Of a DNA stretch of 60,689 bases, positions 18,528 to 26,088 are shown piece after piece. Numbering within the stretch: position 1 is the first letter of the stretch; every line of letters begins with the position of its first letter. The stretch spans positions 64,001 to 124,689 of the IMG/VR virus record IMGVR_UViG_3300042922_000286; one strand, given 5' to 3'. The notes beneath the pieces were generated by a model. It was not told the origin of the DNA and searched no databases. It was given only the letters and a program-made list of their open reading frames with translations. The position numbers and the translations under genes are program-made. This DNA comes from a virus (taxonomy: Duplodnaviria > Heunggongvirae > Uroviricota > Caudoviricetes).

Positions 18528-18529
18528 AA

Positions 18530-18570
18530 AGGGACGGGCACGGAAGCCGGTTCTACCACTACATGGAGGT
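18530..18570 (+). promoter_or_regulatory. Putative CsrA-binding sites in the flagellin leader
   Basis: Three ANGGA motifs: AGGGA 18530, ACGGA 18540, and ATGGA 18563 overlapping the SD GGAGG. Confidence 0.55.
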
Positions 18571-18577
18571 AAAAAAC

Positions 18578-20542
18578 ATGAGAATCGCACATAACATCGC
18601 GGCATTGAATACGCACCGTCAATTGACGGGTAACACCCTTGGGGCAAGCAAATCCCTTGAAAAACTATCTTCTGGTTTCCGTATCAACCGCGCGGGCGAT
18701 GACGCCGCAGGTCTTGCAATCTCTGAAAAAATGCGGGCACAAATTCGCGGCCTTGATCAAGCTCAACGTAATGCTCAAGATGGTATCTCGATGATTCAAA
18801 CGGCCGAGGGAGCATTGACGGAATCACATTCCATTCTGCAACGTATGCGTGAACTTGCAGCTCAGTCGGCAAATGACACAAATGTTGGTATTGATCGTTC
18901 GGAAATTCAAAAGGAAATTAATCAGCTCTCGTCTGAATTGAATCGTATAGGTAACACGACTGAGTTCAATACTCAAAAGCTCCTGAACGGCAGTGGAGAA
19001 GAAATCTTATCGAAACTTAACACGATCAATCGTGGCGGTGCGGTAGGGGATACAGCGGCATTCGCTGAGGTTATTGGCAGCACCGCTGAGGTAAAAGGGA
19101 TTAACACCCTCACTGTTGCAGGCCTTACAGAAGGGGCAGTTGTACAGATTGGCGATCAAACCTTCACCGCTGTAGCCGGTCCCGCTGATGCATCCCTTGG
19201 GCAGTTCTCTATTGATACTAGTGATAACGCAACTGCGGCAAGTTTAGCAGCGGCTATAAATGCAAATGAATCTTTGAACGGCAGATTTGAAAACGCAGCA
19301 GTCGCGACAAATGTTATCACATTAACTGAGAGAACAGGCGAAGCGGTCGGGTCGGCTCTAACTGCGTCAGTAGTCGGCACAGGTACGGTTACGGCAGCAG
19401 AAACGACTGCAAGCGTTAAGGAAGTTCAAGGTAAATACACCTTTAATTTGGATAAAGCATTTGAAGTTGCAGGTCAAACTCTTACGATCAATGGCGTTGC
19501 ATTGACTGCTGTTTCCGCTAATGCTGCGGCCAACCAGTTCGAAATTAACTCTGATCGCGAAAAGCAAGCACTTGCTATTGCTAAAGCAATCAATGCCAAT
19601 ACCGATGTAGGACTCGGTGCTCGGTTCGAAGCAACTGTAAAAGGAACAACCATTACATTAACTGAGCGAGTTGGTAAGTCAACCGGAACTGACATCACAG
19701 CAGCAAATGTCGTTGACAGCGCCCCTGCCGCTAGTGCAGGACAGTATACGTCCGAGTTCACTACCCTGATCTCCGCAGGCGGTAAGTTCACTATCGATGG
19801 AGTCGATATACAAGTAACCTCCGACCCGAGCGATGCAGGTCTTAGCGCTGGAACTGCTGTTCTGGCGGGCAATAGCTTGAAACAGCAAGCTGATAACCTT
19901 GCGGCGGCCATCAATGCAAACGGACTCCTTAACAGCAAATATACGGCATCAACTACTGGTGATAAGTTAAATTTGACCCAAAATACAGGAAAAGAGTCAC
20001 TGGTTGCACCAGAGGTAACTGCAAATAAAAGTGCTAAAAGCGTATTTGAAGCTTCTTTCCAGATCGGCGCAAATACAGGACAATCCATGACTATTGAAAT
20101 CGAGGACATGAGAGCGTCAGCCCTTAGCCTGACGGGAACCAAGGCGGGAGAAAGCGTTACTGCCAAGAACGGTGAAACCGCATCTTATGTTCAAGCTGCC
20201 AATGTTACTAATGGTTCGTCTAAAACAAATGTCGAATTTGCTCTTGATGTATCCACTTTCGACAAAGCATCAGCAGCGGTTAGTGTAATTAATGACGCGA
20301 TTGAAAAAGTCTCGACACAACGTTCCCAATTGGGTGCATTCCAAAACCGTTTGGAGCATACGATCAACAACTTGGGCGCGTCTTCAGAGAACCTGACGGC
20401 CGCTGAATCTCGTATTCGCGACGTTGATATGGCGAAAGAAATGATGGACTTCACCAAGAACAACATCCTTTCCCAAGCAGCTCAAGCGATGCTGGCCCAA
20501 GCGAACCAACAACCACAAGGCGTACTGCAATTGCTCCGATAA
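18578..20542 (+). CDS. hag: Flagellin (654 aa)
   Basis: N-terminal [16 protein letters not shown]...[32 protein letters not shown]; C-terminal [18 protein letters not shown]...[14 protein letters not shown]...[14 protein letters not shown]; SD GGAGGT. Confidence 0.98.
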   Translation: MRIAHNIAALNTHRQLTGNTLGASKSLEKLSSGFRINRAGDDAAGLAISEKMRAQIRGLDQAQRNAQDGISMIQTAEGALTESHSILQRMRELAAQSANDTNVGIDRSEIQKEINQLSSELNRIGNTTEFNTQKLLNGSGEEILSKLNTINRGGAVGDTAAFAEVIGSTAEVKGINTLTVAGLTEGAVVQIGDQTFTAVAGPADASLGQFSIDTSDNATAASLAAAINANESLNGRFENAAVATNVITLTERTGEAVGSALTASVVGTGTVTAAETTASVKEVQGKYTFNLDKAFEVAGQTLTINGVALTAVSANAAANQFEINSDREKQALAIAKAINANTDVGLGARFEATVKGTTITLTERVGKSTGTDITAANVVDSAPAASAGQYTSEFTTLISAGGKFTIDGVDIQVTSDPSDAGLSAGTAVLAGNSLKQQADNLAAAINANGLLNSKYTASTTGDKLNLTQNTGKESLVAPEVTANKSAKSVFEASFQIGANTGQSMTIEIEDMRASALSLTGTKAGESVTAKNGETASYVQAANVTNGSSKTNVEFALDVSTFDKASAAVSVINDAIEKVSTQRSQLGAFQNRLEHTINNLGASSENLTAAESRIRDVDMAKEMMDFTKNNILSQAAQAMLAQANQQPQGVLQLLR

Positions 20543-20557
20543 TCGTAATAACGAATT

Positions 20558-20583
20558 GCCCTCTATTAGGAGGGCTTTTTGTT
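20558..20583 (+). terminator. Intrinsic terminator after flagellin
   Basis: GCCCTC-N6-GAGGGC followed by TTTTTGTTT. Confidence 0.85.
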
Positions 20584-20616
20584 TGCATTTTGATGAAAAA
20601 CAAACGTTTTTCGCCC

Positions 20617-20696
20617 AAAAAGTGTCCAAAAATGCTTAAAAAGTGACCAAAATACGTGAAAAATCAGGGTTTTGGGACATTTTTAAGCGCTTTTGG
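20617..20696. repeat. Direct and inverted A-tract-flanked boxes
   Basis: AAAAAGTGTCCAAAAA (20617), AAAAAGTGACCAAAA (20638) and inverted TTTTGGGACATTTTT (20670). Confidence 0.6.
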
Positions 20697-20731
20697 CTGT
20701 TATTTATGCAGGTTTGAGGGATAAAGTAACG

Positions 20732-20756
20732 AAAAACCCCCTCAAATGAGGGGGCT
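20732..20756 (-). terminator. Terminator for the leftward genes
   Basis: CCCCCTC-N4-GAGGGGG hairpin followed by a T-run on the minus strand. Confidence 0.75.
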
Positions 20757-20768
20757 TACTTATACTAT

Positions 20769-21074
20769 TTATTCGTCGGATGAGCCACTACCACCGTTCC
20801 CGATCGTTGAGGGTGAAGAAGACATTGCGCCACCGTTACCATTACGGCGACGGCCCGTCTGTTGTGGCTGCTCAGAAGACGAAGGGGGCACAGTTTCTTC
20901 TGCTGTGGACGACTTCGTACCTACGAGCAAATCCATAAGTAGCGATACACGGCCAGCAGCGAACCCTTCTTCGAAGGTTGTTCCTTCCCCGGCCACTTTG
21001 GATAGCCTCGCTTGCTCTCCTGCGATCAGCTTCATAACATCGGCGCGTTGATTTTTGGTCAGTTGCAACACCAT
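20769..21074 (-). CDS. Hypothetical protein with a G/S-rich disordered tail
   Basis: Probable start near ATG 21074 after AAAGGAG; FEEGFAAGR motif. Confidence 0.5.
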   Translation of the reverse strand: MVLQLTKNQRADVMKLIAGEQARLSKVAGEGTTFEEGFAAGRVSLLMDLLVGTKSSTAEETVPPSSSEQPQQTGRRRNGNGGAMSSSPSTIGNGGSGSSDE

Positions 21075-21225
21075 TCGCTCCTTTGGGGACAATCTCCCCA
21101 TATATTTGTATACCCTCATAAGAGAGGAATAACCGGTACTCACGTTCCTCAGGAGTTTCAGTTATGATGTCAACTGTACCTATCTGCCTACATACCTCTC
21201 GTATATCCAGAACGACCTTGCTCAC
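20872..21225 (-). CDS. Hypothetical protein (overlaps the downstream gene by ~200 bp)
   Basis: GTG 21225 after AGGGGTGG; the N-terminal 50 aa look globular, the overlapping C-terminus is doubtful. Confidence 0.35.
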   Translation of the reverse strand: MSKVVLDIREVCRQIGTVDIITETPEEREYRLFLSYEGIQIYGEIVPKGANGVATDQKSTRRCYEADRRRASEAIQSGRGRNNLRRRVRCWPCIATYGFARRYEVVHSRRNCAPFVF

Positions 21226-21248
21226 CCAACCCACCCCTGACTATGTTC

Positions 21249-21437
21249 TCAGTCGTCGGAGTCTTGCTCTAAGCGGGAGCGCTTGTAGTCCATGCTGTCA
21301 TCGAAGTCACTGTTAGTATAGTCCATCGTGTGCTTTGCTTTGCGGTTCTGCATGGCAAGGCGTTGTTTGCGGACATCCTTCATCGACTTCCGATAATCAT
21401 CTGCGCTCTTTTGCTGTTGCTGTCTGTACCAAGACAT
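21249..21437 (-). CDS. Hypothetical charged protein (62 aa)
   Basis: SD GGAGAGGTG, ATG 21437. Confidence 0.55.
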   Translation of the reverse strand: MSWYRQQQQKSADDYRKSMKDVRKQRLAMQNRKAKHTMDYTNSDFDDSMDYKRSRLEQDSDD

Positions 21438-21552
21438 TCTTATCACCTCTCCTTTACTTCTCTATACGAAGTAAGTGAGTGGTTGTTGATATGTCTTTCG
21501 GACTGATAGTACCTATCTTAATTGAAATTGGAGGATACTGTCAACACCTTTA

Positions 21553-22503
21553 TTATACCGACCTCAGGTTCCCGTTAGACTCCATTTGGAACGAAGGTCG
21601 TATTAACCTTTCGCTCTCTTTCATCGCCATCTCTCTAGCAGTATTGATGACTCCTAGCAGTGAAGTATAGCCAACTTTGACCTCTTCATACTCCCGGTTG
21701 AGCGCTACAAGATCGCGTCGTCCTTTGTCGATATCGCTCGACTTTTTGTTCGAAAGTTCCTGTATCTTTATCGTGACGTTCATCATAAGTTCGAACAGTT
21801 CAGTCTCGGACATGATGTCAAGTTGTGCCTTCGTAATCGGAGACAATGCAACTTTGATGTACGGTTCCTCTATGAGTTCGGCACGTTTGATGAGTGCAGG
21901 AGCAGTCCCCGCAGGTATCTCATCATCCTCGTCTTTCATAACATGGACACCCGCACGTTGCAATACGACCTCGCCCGCGGTATATTTCTTGGCCGTTTCC
22001 GTTTCTGCTGCGGTAGTATCTTCATTATTTGATGGTTCGCCTGTCGGTGCGCCTGTTGGTGCGTCAGTGTGCTTCGAAACAGCAGACTCGTCCGAAAGTA
22101 TAGTATCATCTTCTGGATGTTTCGAAGATGTATCAGGTTCGTCTGTATGTGTATCTGGCTGCATACCTGACTGCTCTACTTTGGTTGTTTCTAGCTGCTC
22201 CCCTTTAGGTGTACCTGGCTGCTCCGAAGAAACAGCAGGTTTGCCCTTAGGTTTAGCTGGCTGCTTCGTAGGAACCTTTGCAGGAGCCTTGGCGGGGCCA
22301 ACGTCCCCGTTCTTGAATTTTTCTGATAGCTCCGAGTACCATCTATTCTTAACGCTACTGACCGATCTATCAAGTTTCTCTGCTGCGATTTGAAAAACTG
22401 ATTTGAGTGGCACACCATTATCCTGTGCATCTTTCACCTCCTGCAACAGTACATTGTCCTCAACGTCTTCCCACGCAACCATGACGCCAGAGTTCCCTGC
22501 CAT
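21553..22503 (-). CDS. RsfA/YlbO(GerR)-family Myb-like sporulation transcription regulator with an expanded disordered linker
   Basis: N-terminal WEDVEDNVLL...AAEKLDRSVSSVKNRWY; C-terminal LLGVINTAREMA...FQMESNGNLRSV, resembling the family tail FQMDxNGNL as I recall it. Confidence 0.72.
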   Translation of the reverse strand: MAGNSGVMVAWEDVEDNVLLQEVKDAQDNGVPLKSVFQIAAEKLDRSVSSVKNRWYSELSEKFKNGDVGPAKAPAKVPTKQPAKPKGKPAVSSEQPGTPKGEQLETTKVEQSGMQPDTHTDEPDTSSKHPEDDTILSDESAVSKHTDAPTGAPTGEPSNNEDTTAAETETAKKYTAGEVVLQRAGVHVMKDEDDEIPAGTAPALIKRAELIEEPYIKVALSPITKAQLDIMSETELFELMMNVTIKIQELSNKKSSDIDKGRRDLVALNREYEEVKVGYTSLLGVINTAREMAMKESERLIRPSFQMESNGNLRSV

Positions 22504-22522
22504 TGGCTACCCCTCCCACTAT

Positions 22523-22578
22523 TATAGGTACTACCTTGCTTTATGTTCATTATGAGACATGCCGATCAGACAAGTCAA
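22523..22578 (-). promoter_or_regulatory. SigmaA-like promoter (TTGACT-18-CATAAT) with a downstream operator copy (22523-22537)
   Basis: -35 at 22578-22573, -10 at 22554-22549; TATAGGTACTACCTT lies between the predicted TSS and the RBS. Confidence 0.5.
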
Positions 22579-22650
22579 GTTATACTTGAGATACACCATC
22601 AGACGCGCACCAAAGTTTCTCAAATTTTTCCTCCCGCCCGATCCGAGGAC

Positions 22651-22691
22651 AAAAAGAAAGACGCACCCGATCTCTCACCATCGGATGCATC
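22651..22691 (-). terminator. Minus-strand intrinsic terminator in the non-coding region
   Basis: GATGCATCCGAT/ATCGGGTGCGTC stem followed by TTTCTTTTT. Confidence 0.6.
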
Positions 22692-22875
22692 TCTGCGAAA
22701 AAATTGAGTAATGAAACCTTGACAATGAATGATGACAATCAGGTGACCAAGCCTGACTGCTCCTTCATCTTACACCTATATTATACGAAGGATCAATGGA
22801 AATGTTGACCTCCATTACCAGTACCGACCCCGCCGCGTAAACGTGTTTCTTCTATTATAATAGGTGAATGTTTCG

Positions 22876-22917
22876 CCCCATTTCCCCAATGCCCAACTTC
22901 CCAATTCCCAATTACCC
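22876..22917 (-). repeat. Six C-tract units (G-quadruplex motif on the minus strand)
   Basis: CCCCATTT CCCCAATG CCCAACTT CCCAATT CCCAATTA CCC; minus strand has six G3-4 tracts with 4-5-nt loops. Confidence 0.8.
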
Positions 22918-23159
22918 ATTCCTTATTTATAAACGCGCCAATTCTCATAGGTTATACCGCCCCGCAACGACTTTCCCCAAAAATTTCCCGTAGGTGTCAT
23001 ATAGCTCGGGACCGCGCACGACGAAGCCGCGAAAATGCTAGGCATAGGGGAGGGTATGACATTTTCACGTTTGAAAAAATAAAAAAGAAAAATTAATGTT
23101 GCTATTTAAAGCGGCACTATGCCTATGTTAATCCCGTCAGAACGTGCTGTTGGTTCTGA

Positions 23160-23480
23160 CCCGGCGGGAACGTCGGAAGCTTCATCCATAACCCAAGCGT
23201 GTAACATGACGCTTGTACGCTCACAAACAAAGCCCGCTTGCGGGATGGAAAGAGTGGGCGGCGCTCCTTGACAATAACATAGCGCGGAAACACGGAACGC
23301 GGAAGCGCACACGTAGTAAGGGATAGTCATGCCCATGCAGAACGCTTGTATGGTTCATGGCGTGTACTTGGGGCGAGTAGCGGAACGCGGAAAGTGGGGA
23401 AGCCAAGCGGATAACAGTCTGATTCGAGCGGGCAAGGTATGCGGCAAAAACACTATACCTATACCCATTGGAGGATGATT
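23160..23480 (+). ncRNA. Candidate GGA-rich RNA or long 5' leader
   Basis: 14 GGA trinucleotides in ~310 nt, including a duplicated CGGAACGCGGAA (23293, 23381); no credible plus-strand gene; A-rich UP-like tract upstream. Confidence 0.3.
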
Positions 23481-23484
23481 TATA

Positions 23485-23904
23485 ATGGCCAAAAAACTCG
23501 AAAATGTACTCGTAAATGTGAAAGGCAATGCCCTGAACCTGAAAATTGATATGACTGCCTACGCAGAACGTGCCTTGACCGACGCAATACGGACGGGCGA
23601 GAATAACGACGGTTCGTACCGTGTAGCAGGCGGCGGTTCGCAATACATCAATATTGAAGGCATGGAAGGCGTCATGGTCAAGCTAGACGTTATCGTCTCA
23701 CATAAGAAATATCAGGCGATTCTAGAGAACGAACGCGCCAAAGCTACAGCTTTGCAAGCAATGGCCGAGATAGAACAGCTTAGAAAGGCGGCTGTAGGCA
23801 CGGACGCGGAAAAACTGACCGTATTGAACGGGATTGATCCCGCCGTGTTCGCACAAGCCCTTGCACTAGCACAAACGTTGCAGGCACAAGCCGCGGCGAA
23901 GTAA
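23485..23904 (+). CDS. Hypothetical protein (139 aa, Ala-rich helical C-terminus)
   Basis: SD GGAGG; the clearest gene in the 22.5-24.8 kb interval. Confidence 0.75.
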   Translation: MAKKLENVLVNVKGNALNLKIDMTAYAERALTDAIRTGENNDGSYRVAGGGSQYINIEGMEGVMVKLDVIVSHKKYQAILENERAKATALQAMAEIEQLRKAAVGTDAEKLTVLNGIDPAVFAQALALAQTLQAQAAAK

Positions 23905-23929
23905 TACACGAACAAACCTCATTTATAAT

Positions 23930-24720
23930 CAACATAGCTTGCCCGTTCGAATCAGAATGTTATCCGTCCGCTCATAATGGGTATTATGCGCGGTGAGTGT
24001 GTGCCTCTCTATATAGAGAGACAGACACAACCACGCTAGGAGTCTGTCTCCTGATACCTGATGCGCGGGACTATTGAAACGGGATACGTGTACGCAATAC
24101 GGGATAGGTCTGCCGTCAGAACACTACCAGTCTAGCAGGAGGGCGTTCGCCACCTGCTACAGTCTACGCTAGTAGTGTGCCAAGTCCATACACCATACGT
24201 CTGTCCGTGTGACATATGCAAGCTTTCTTTGTCATGCGCTGAAACGGTCTATGCGGGTTGGATACTAGCACATGAACGCTACATCAACGCGATAGGTGCG
24301 CCTATATCTAGTACAGCATAGCATAATGCAACGTGTCCGCCCGTCCTAGTCCTACCATCAGTCTATCTAATGCCCATTTGCGGTAAACCTCGGGTCAATG
24401 GCGCTACACACAACGTTCGTCCGCTGAAAGCGAGATAGCGAAGCCTAGCGATAGGTGTATATTTTATACGCTACAGGTGTGTACTTTTGTACACAACGAG
24501 ACTGTGCCACGCGGTACGTGGAGTATGTCACGCTACCAGTCTGCCCACACAAGGCGAGTGTATATCCCATGGGACTGCCATGCTCTACGCTCTATAATTG
24601 TGTGCTAAGGCTCTATGTCTGACTGACTCCCTATATAGTGCTGTATGTCTCTCTCTATATCCTAGTGTGTGCTATCTCTCTATATGTATGTATGTAATAC
24701 TCTATATGCAATCATGAGGT
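23930..24720. ncRNA. Candidate large structured non-coding element
   Basis: ~800 nt with no ORF of 60 aa or more until its right edge; several hairpins, a 16-bp perfect palindrome at 24005, repeated CTCTCTATAT. Confidence 0.3.
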
Positions 24721-24804
24721 GTACGGGATTGTTCTGCCCGCCCGCCTCCTGCTTGCGATAGGTATATGCGGTCGCTCGGTTCACGTAATTGGTGCAGTAC
24801 GAAT

Positions 24805-25220
24805 AAAAACGCGAGAGGTGTGTCCATATGCATGTATCTGAAATCAATCTGACGGAAAACAATATCCGTGCGCTCTTTAAAAAAGTAGATAGCTACCAAT
24901 CCCACGTACGAATTGCACGTGAAGTGGGCCTTATTATCAGCGTTATGAAACAATGCGGGAAGCCTGTGTTGCCTCTTATCAATGTATTTAATGAATGTAA
25001 TATACATGCGGGTACTCTATATAGGTGGACTATGCCTAAAGGTACTCGTAAACGCAAGCGGGCTTGATCTCCGCCCGCCGTCCGTCGAAAAACGCGAGAA
25101 GTCTGTCTACTGCATCAATTAGGTGAACTGAGCGCCCGCCCGATTTATTACGGAACGGGCTATTTGTGTTGGGGTCAGAAGTCAGGGTATAGCCGATTAC
25201 CCTAAAAACGCGAGAGGTCT
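24805..25220 (+). repeat. Three copies of AAAAACGCGAGA(G/A)GT(G/C)TG
   Basis: At 24805, 25088 and 25204, interspersed with CCCGCC copies. Confidence 0.85.
24828..25067 (+). CDS. Hypothetical protein (79 aa)
   Basis: SD GAGAGGT supplied by the repeat at 24805. Confidence 0.5.
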   Translation: MHVSEINLTENNIRALFKKVDSYQSHVRIAREVGLIISVMKQCGKPVLPLINVFNECNIHAGTLYRWTMPKGTRKRKRA

Positions 25221-25307
25221 GCCTATATAAAGTATACCCTTTGGGTGTACCTTGACTCATACCCCAAACCCCCGCCCGCGATCTCTCTATATAGGAGTGT
25301 GTTTGCT

Positions 25308-25520
25308 GTGACTGTACATACGCTATTCACCCGCCCCGCGTCCTTTGACGAATTTATAGCGGAAGCTGAAATGCGCGAGACGACTAAGCATTTAATGCGC
25401 CAAATTCGGCACGATAGAGGACGCAAGGAATACGCGAGGATTAGGTCTATGTATTACAACTTAAATACGTCTGCACATGGTTCGTTTGTGGAAAGGCTGG
25501 AGGGCACGCTCAACGTGTGA
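25308..25520 (+). CDS. Hypothetical protein (~70 aa)
   Basis: SD AGGAG; start uncertain (25299 or 25308). Confidence 0.45.
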   Translation: MTVHTLFTRPASFDEFIAEAEMRETTKHLMRQIRHDRGRKEYARIRSMYYNLNTSAHGSFVERLEGTLNV

Positions 25521-25586
25521 AATGGGGCGATTACCCCATGCCTTGAAAGCCTGATTTGTTGCATGGTGTAGCGGCACAATTAGGCT

Positions 25587-25615
25587 TTGAATGTATGCGG
25601 TAATACCTATATATT
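25587..25615 (+). promoter_or_regulatory. SigmaA-like early promoter TTGAAT-17-TATATT with an operator half-site in the spacer
   Basis: GGTAATACCTATA lies between -35 and -10; precedes the long rightward gene block. Confidence 0.6.
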
Positions 25616-25679
25616 ATACCTATAGGCTATATAGGTCACGTTATGTAGTTTTAAGACTTTTGGGACAGGAAGGTGCGCC

Positions 25680-25955
25680 GTGTCATTAAAATCCCACATG
25701 GAATTTAATTTTTTGGGTATCGCATTTGTAGCCGATGACATACCTAAGAAGAAAGCGGAAAAGGTCTATGCACTAATGGAAGATATCATCGAGAAATATA
25801 AAGAAAAGGCGCAAGAAGAATTTGACGCACACCTAGAGAAGATGAATCTGGAAAGCGCTATGGGTGTGGTTATTCCCAAGGAGGTGCGCCATGTACGAAG
25901 CTCTCGTAAACGCAATAACGGAAGCGCGGAAGAGTATTCGAGCAAATATACGTGA
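25680..25955 (+). CDS. Hypothetical protein (91 aa)
   Basis: SD AGGAAGGT. Confidence 0.6.
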   Translation: MSLKSHMEFNFLGIAFVADDIPKKKAEKVYALMEDIIEKYKEKAQEEFDAHLEKMNLESAMGVVIPKEVRHVRSSRKRNNGSAEEYSSKYT

Positions 25956-26088
25956 GCCGTTGGCCAAAGCTGACATTACACATGCAGGGTGGGGTACGGT
26001 GTGCCACCTACTTCACTTGCTAGAGTGTGACGTGGAAGAGGCTAGAAAGATTGCACAGTACAAGGCTACAGGGAAGGTGCAGGAATGA
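25891..26088 (+). CDS. Hypothetical protein (65 aa)
   Basis: SD AAGGAGGT before ATG 25891. Confidence 0.6.
   Translation: MYEALVNAITEARKSIRANIREPLAKADITHAGWGTVCHLLHLLECDVEEARKIAQYKATGKVQE

Noticed and set aside
18521-18577. 19-aa N-terminal extension of flagellin in the ORF track
   Set aside because: The TTG lies inside the ATTG repeat; the conserved flagellin start MRIAHN and the SD are at 18578
18208-18647. Minus-strand ORFs 18208..18411 and 18408..18647
   Set aside because: Antisense to the sigmaD promoter, csrA and the flagellin start; no motifs
16440-22500. Looked for fliW or other flagellar genes beside csrA-hag
   Set aside because: No ORF resembles FliW, FliS or FliD; absence outside the window cannot be judged
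23106-23643. Minus-strand ORFs 23106..23336 and 23221..23643
   Set aside because: No SD, atypical composition, antisense to the 139-aa gene and its leader
23945-23950. GTTCGA T-loop-like motifs (also 3620-3625 on the minus strand) as tRNA hints
   Set aside because: No cloverleaf or acceptor stem could be built around either
24005-24020. Protelomerase (hairpin telomere) target or dif site
   Set aside because: No protelomerase or Xer gene in the window and no match to the Bacillota dif consensus; kept only as an unexplained palindrome
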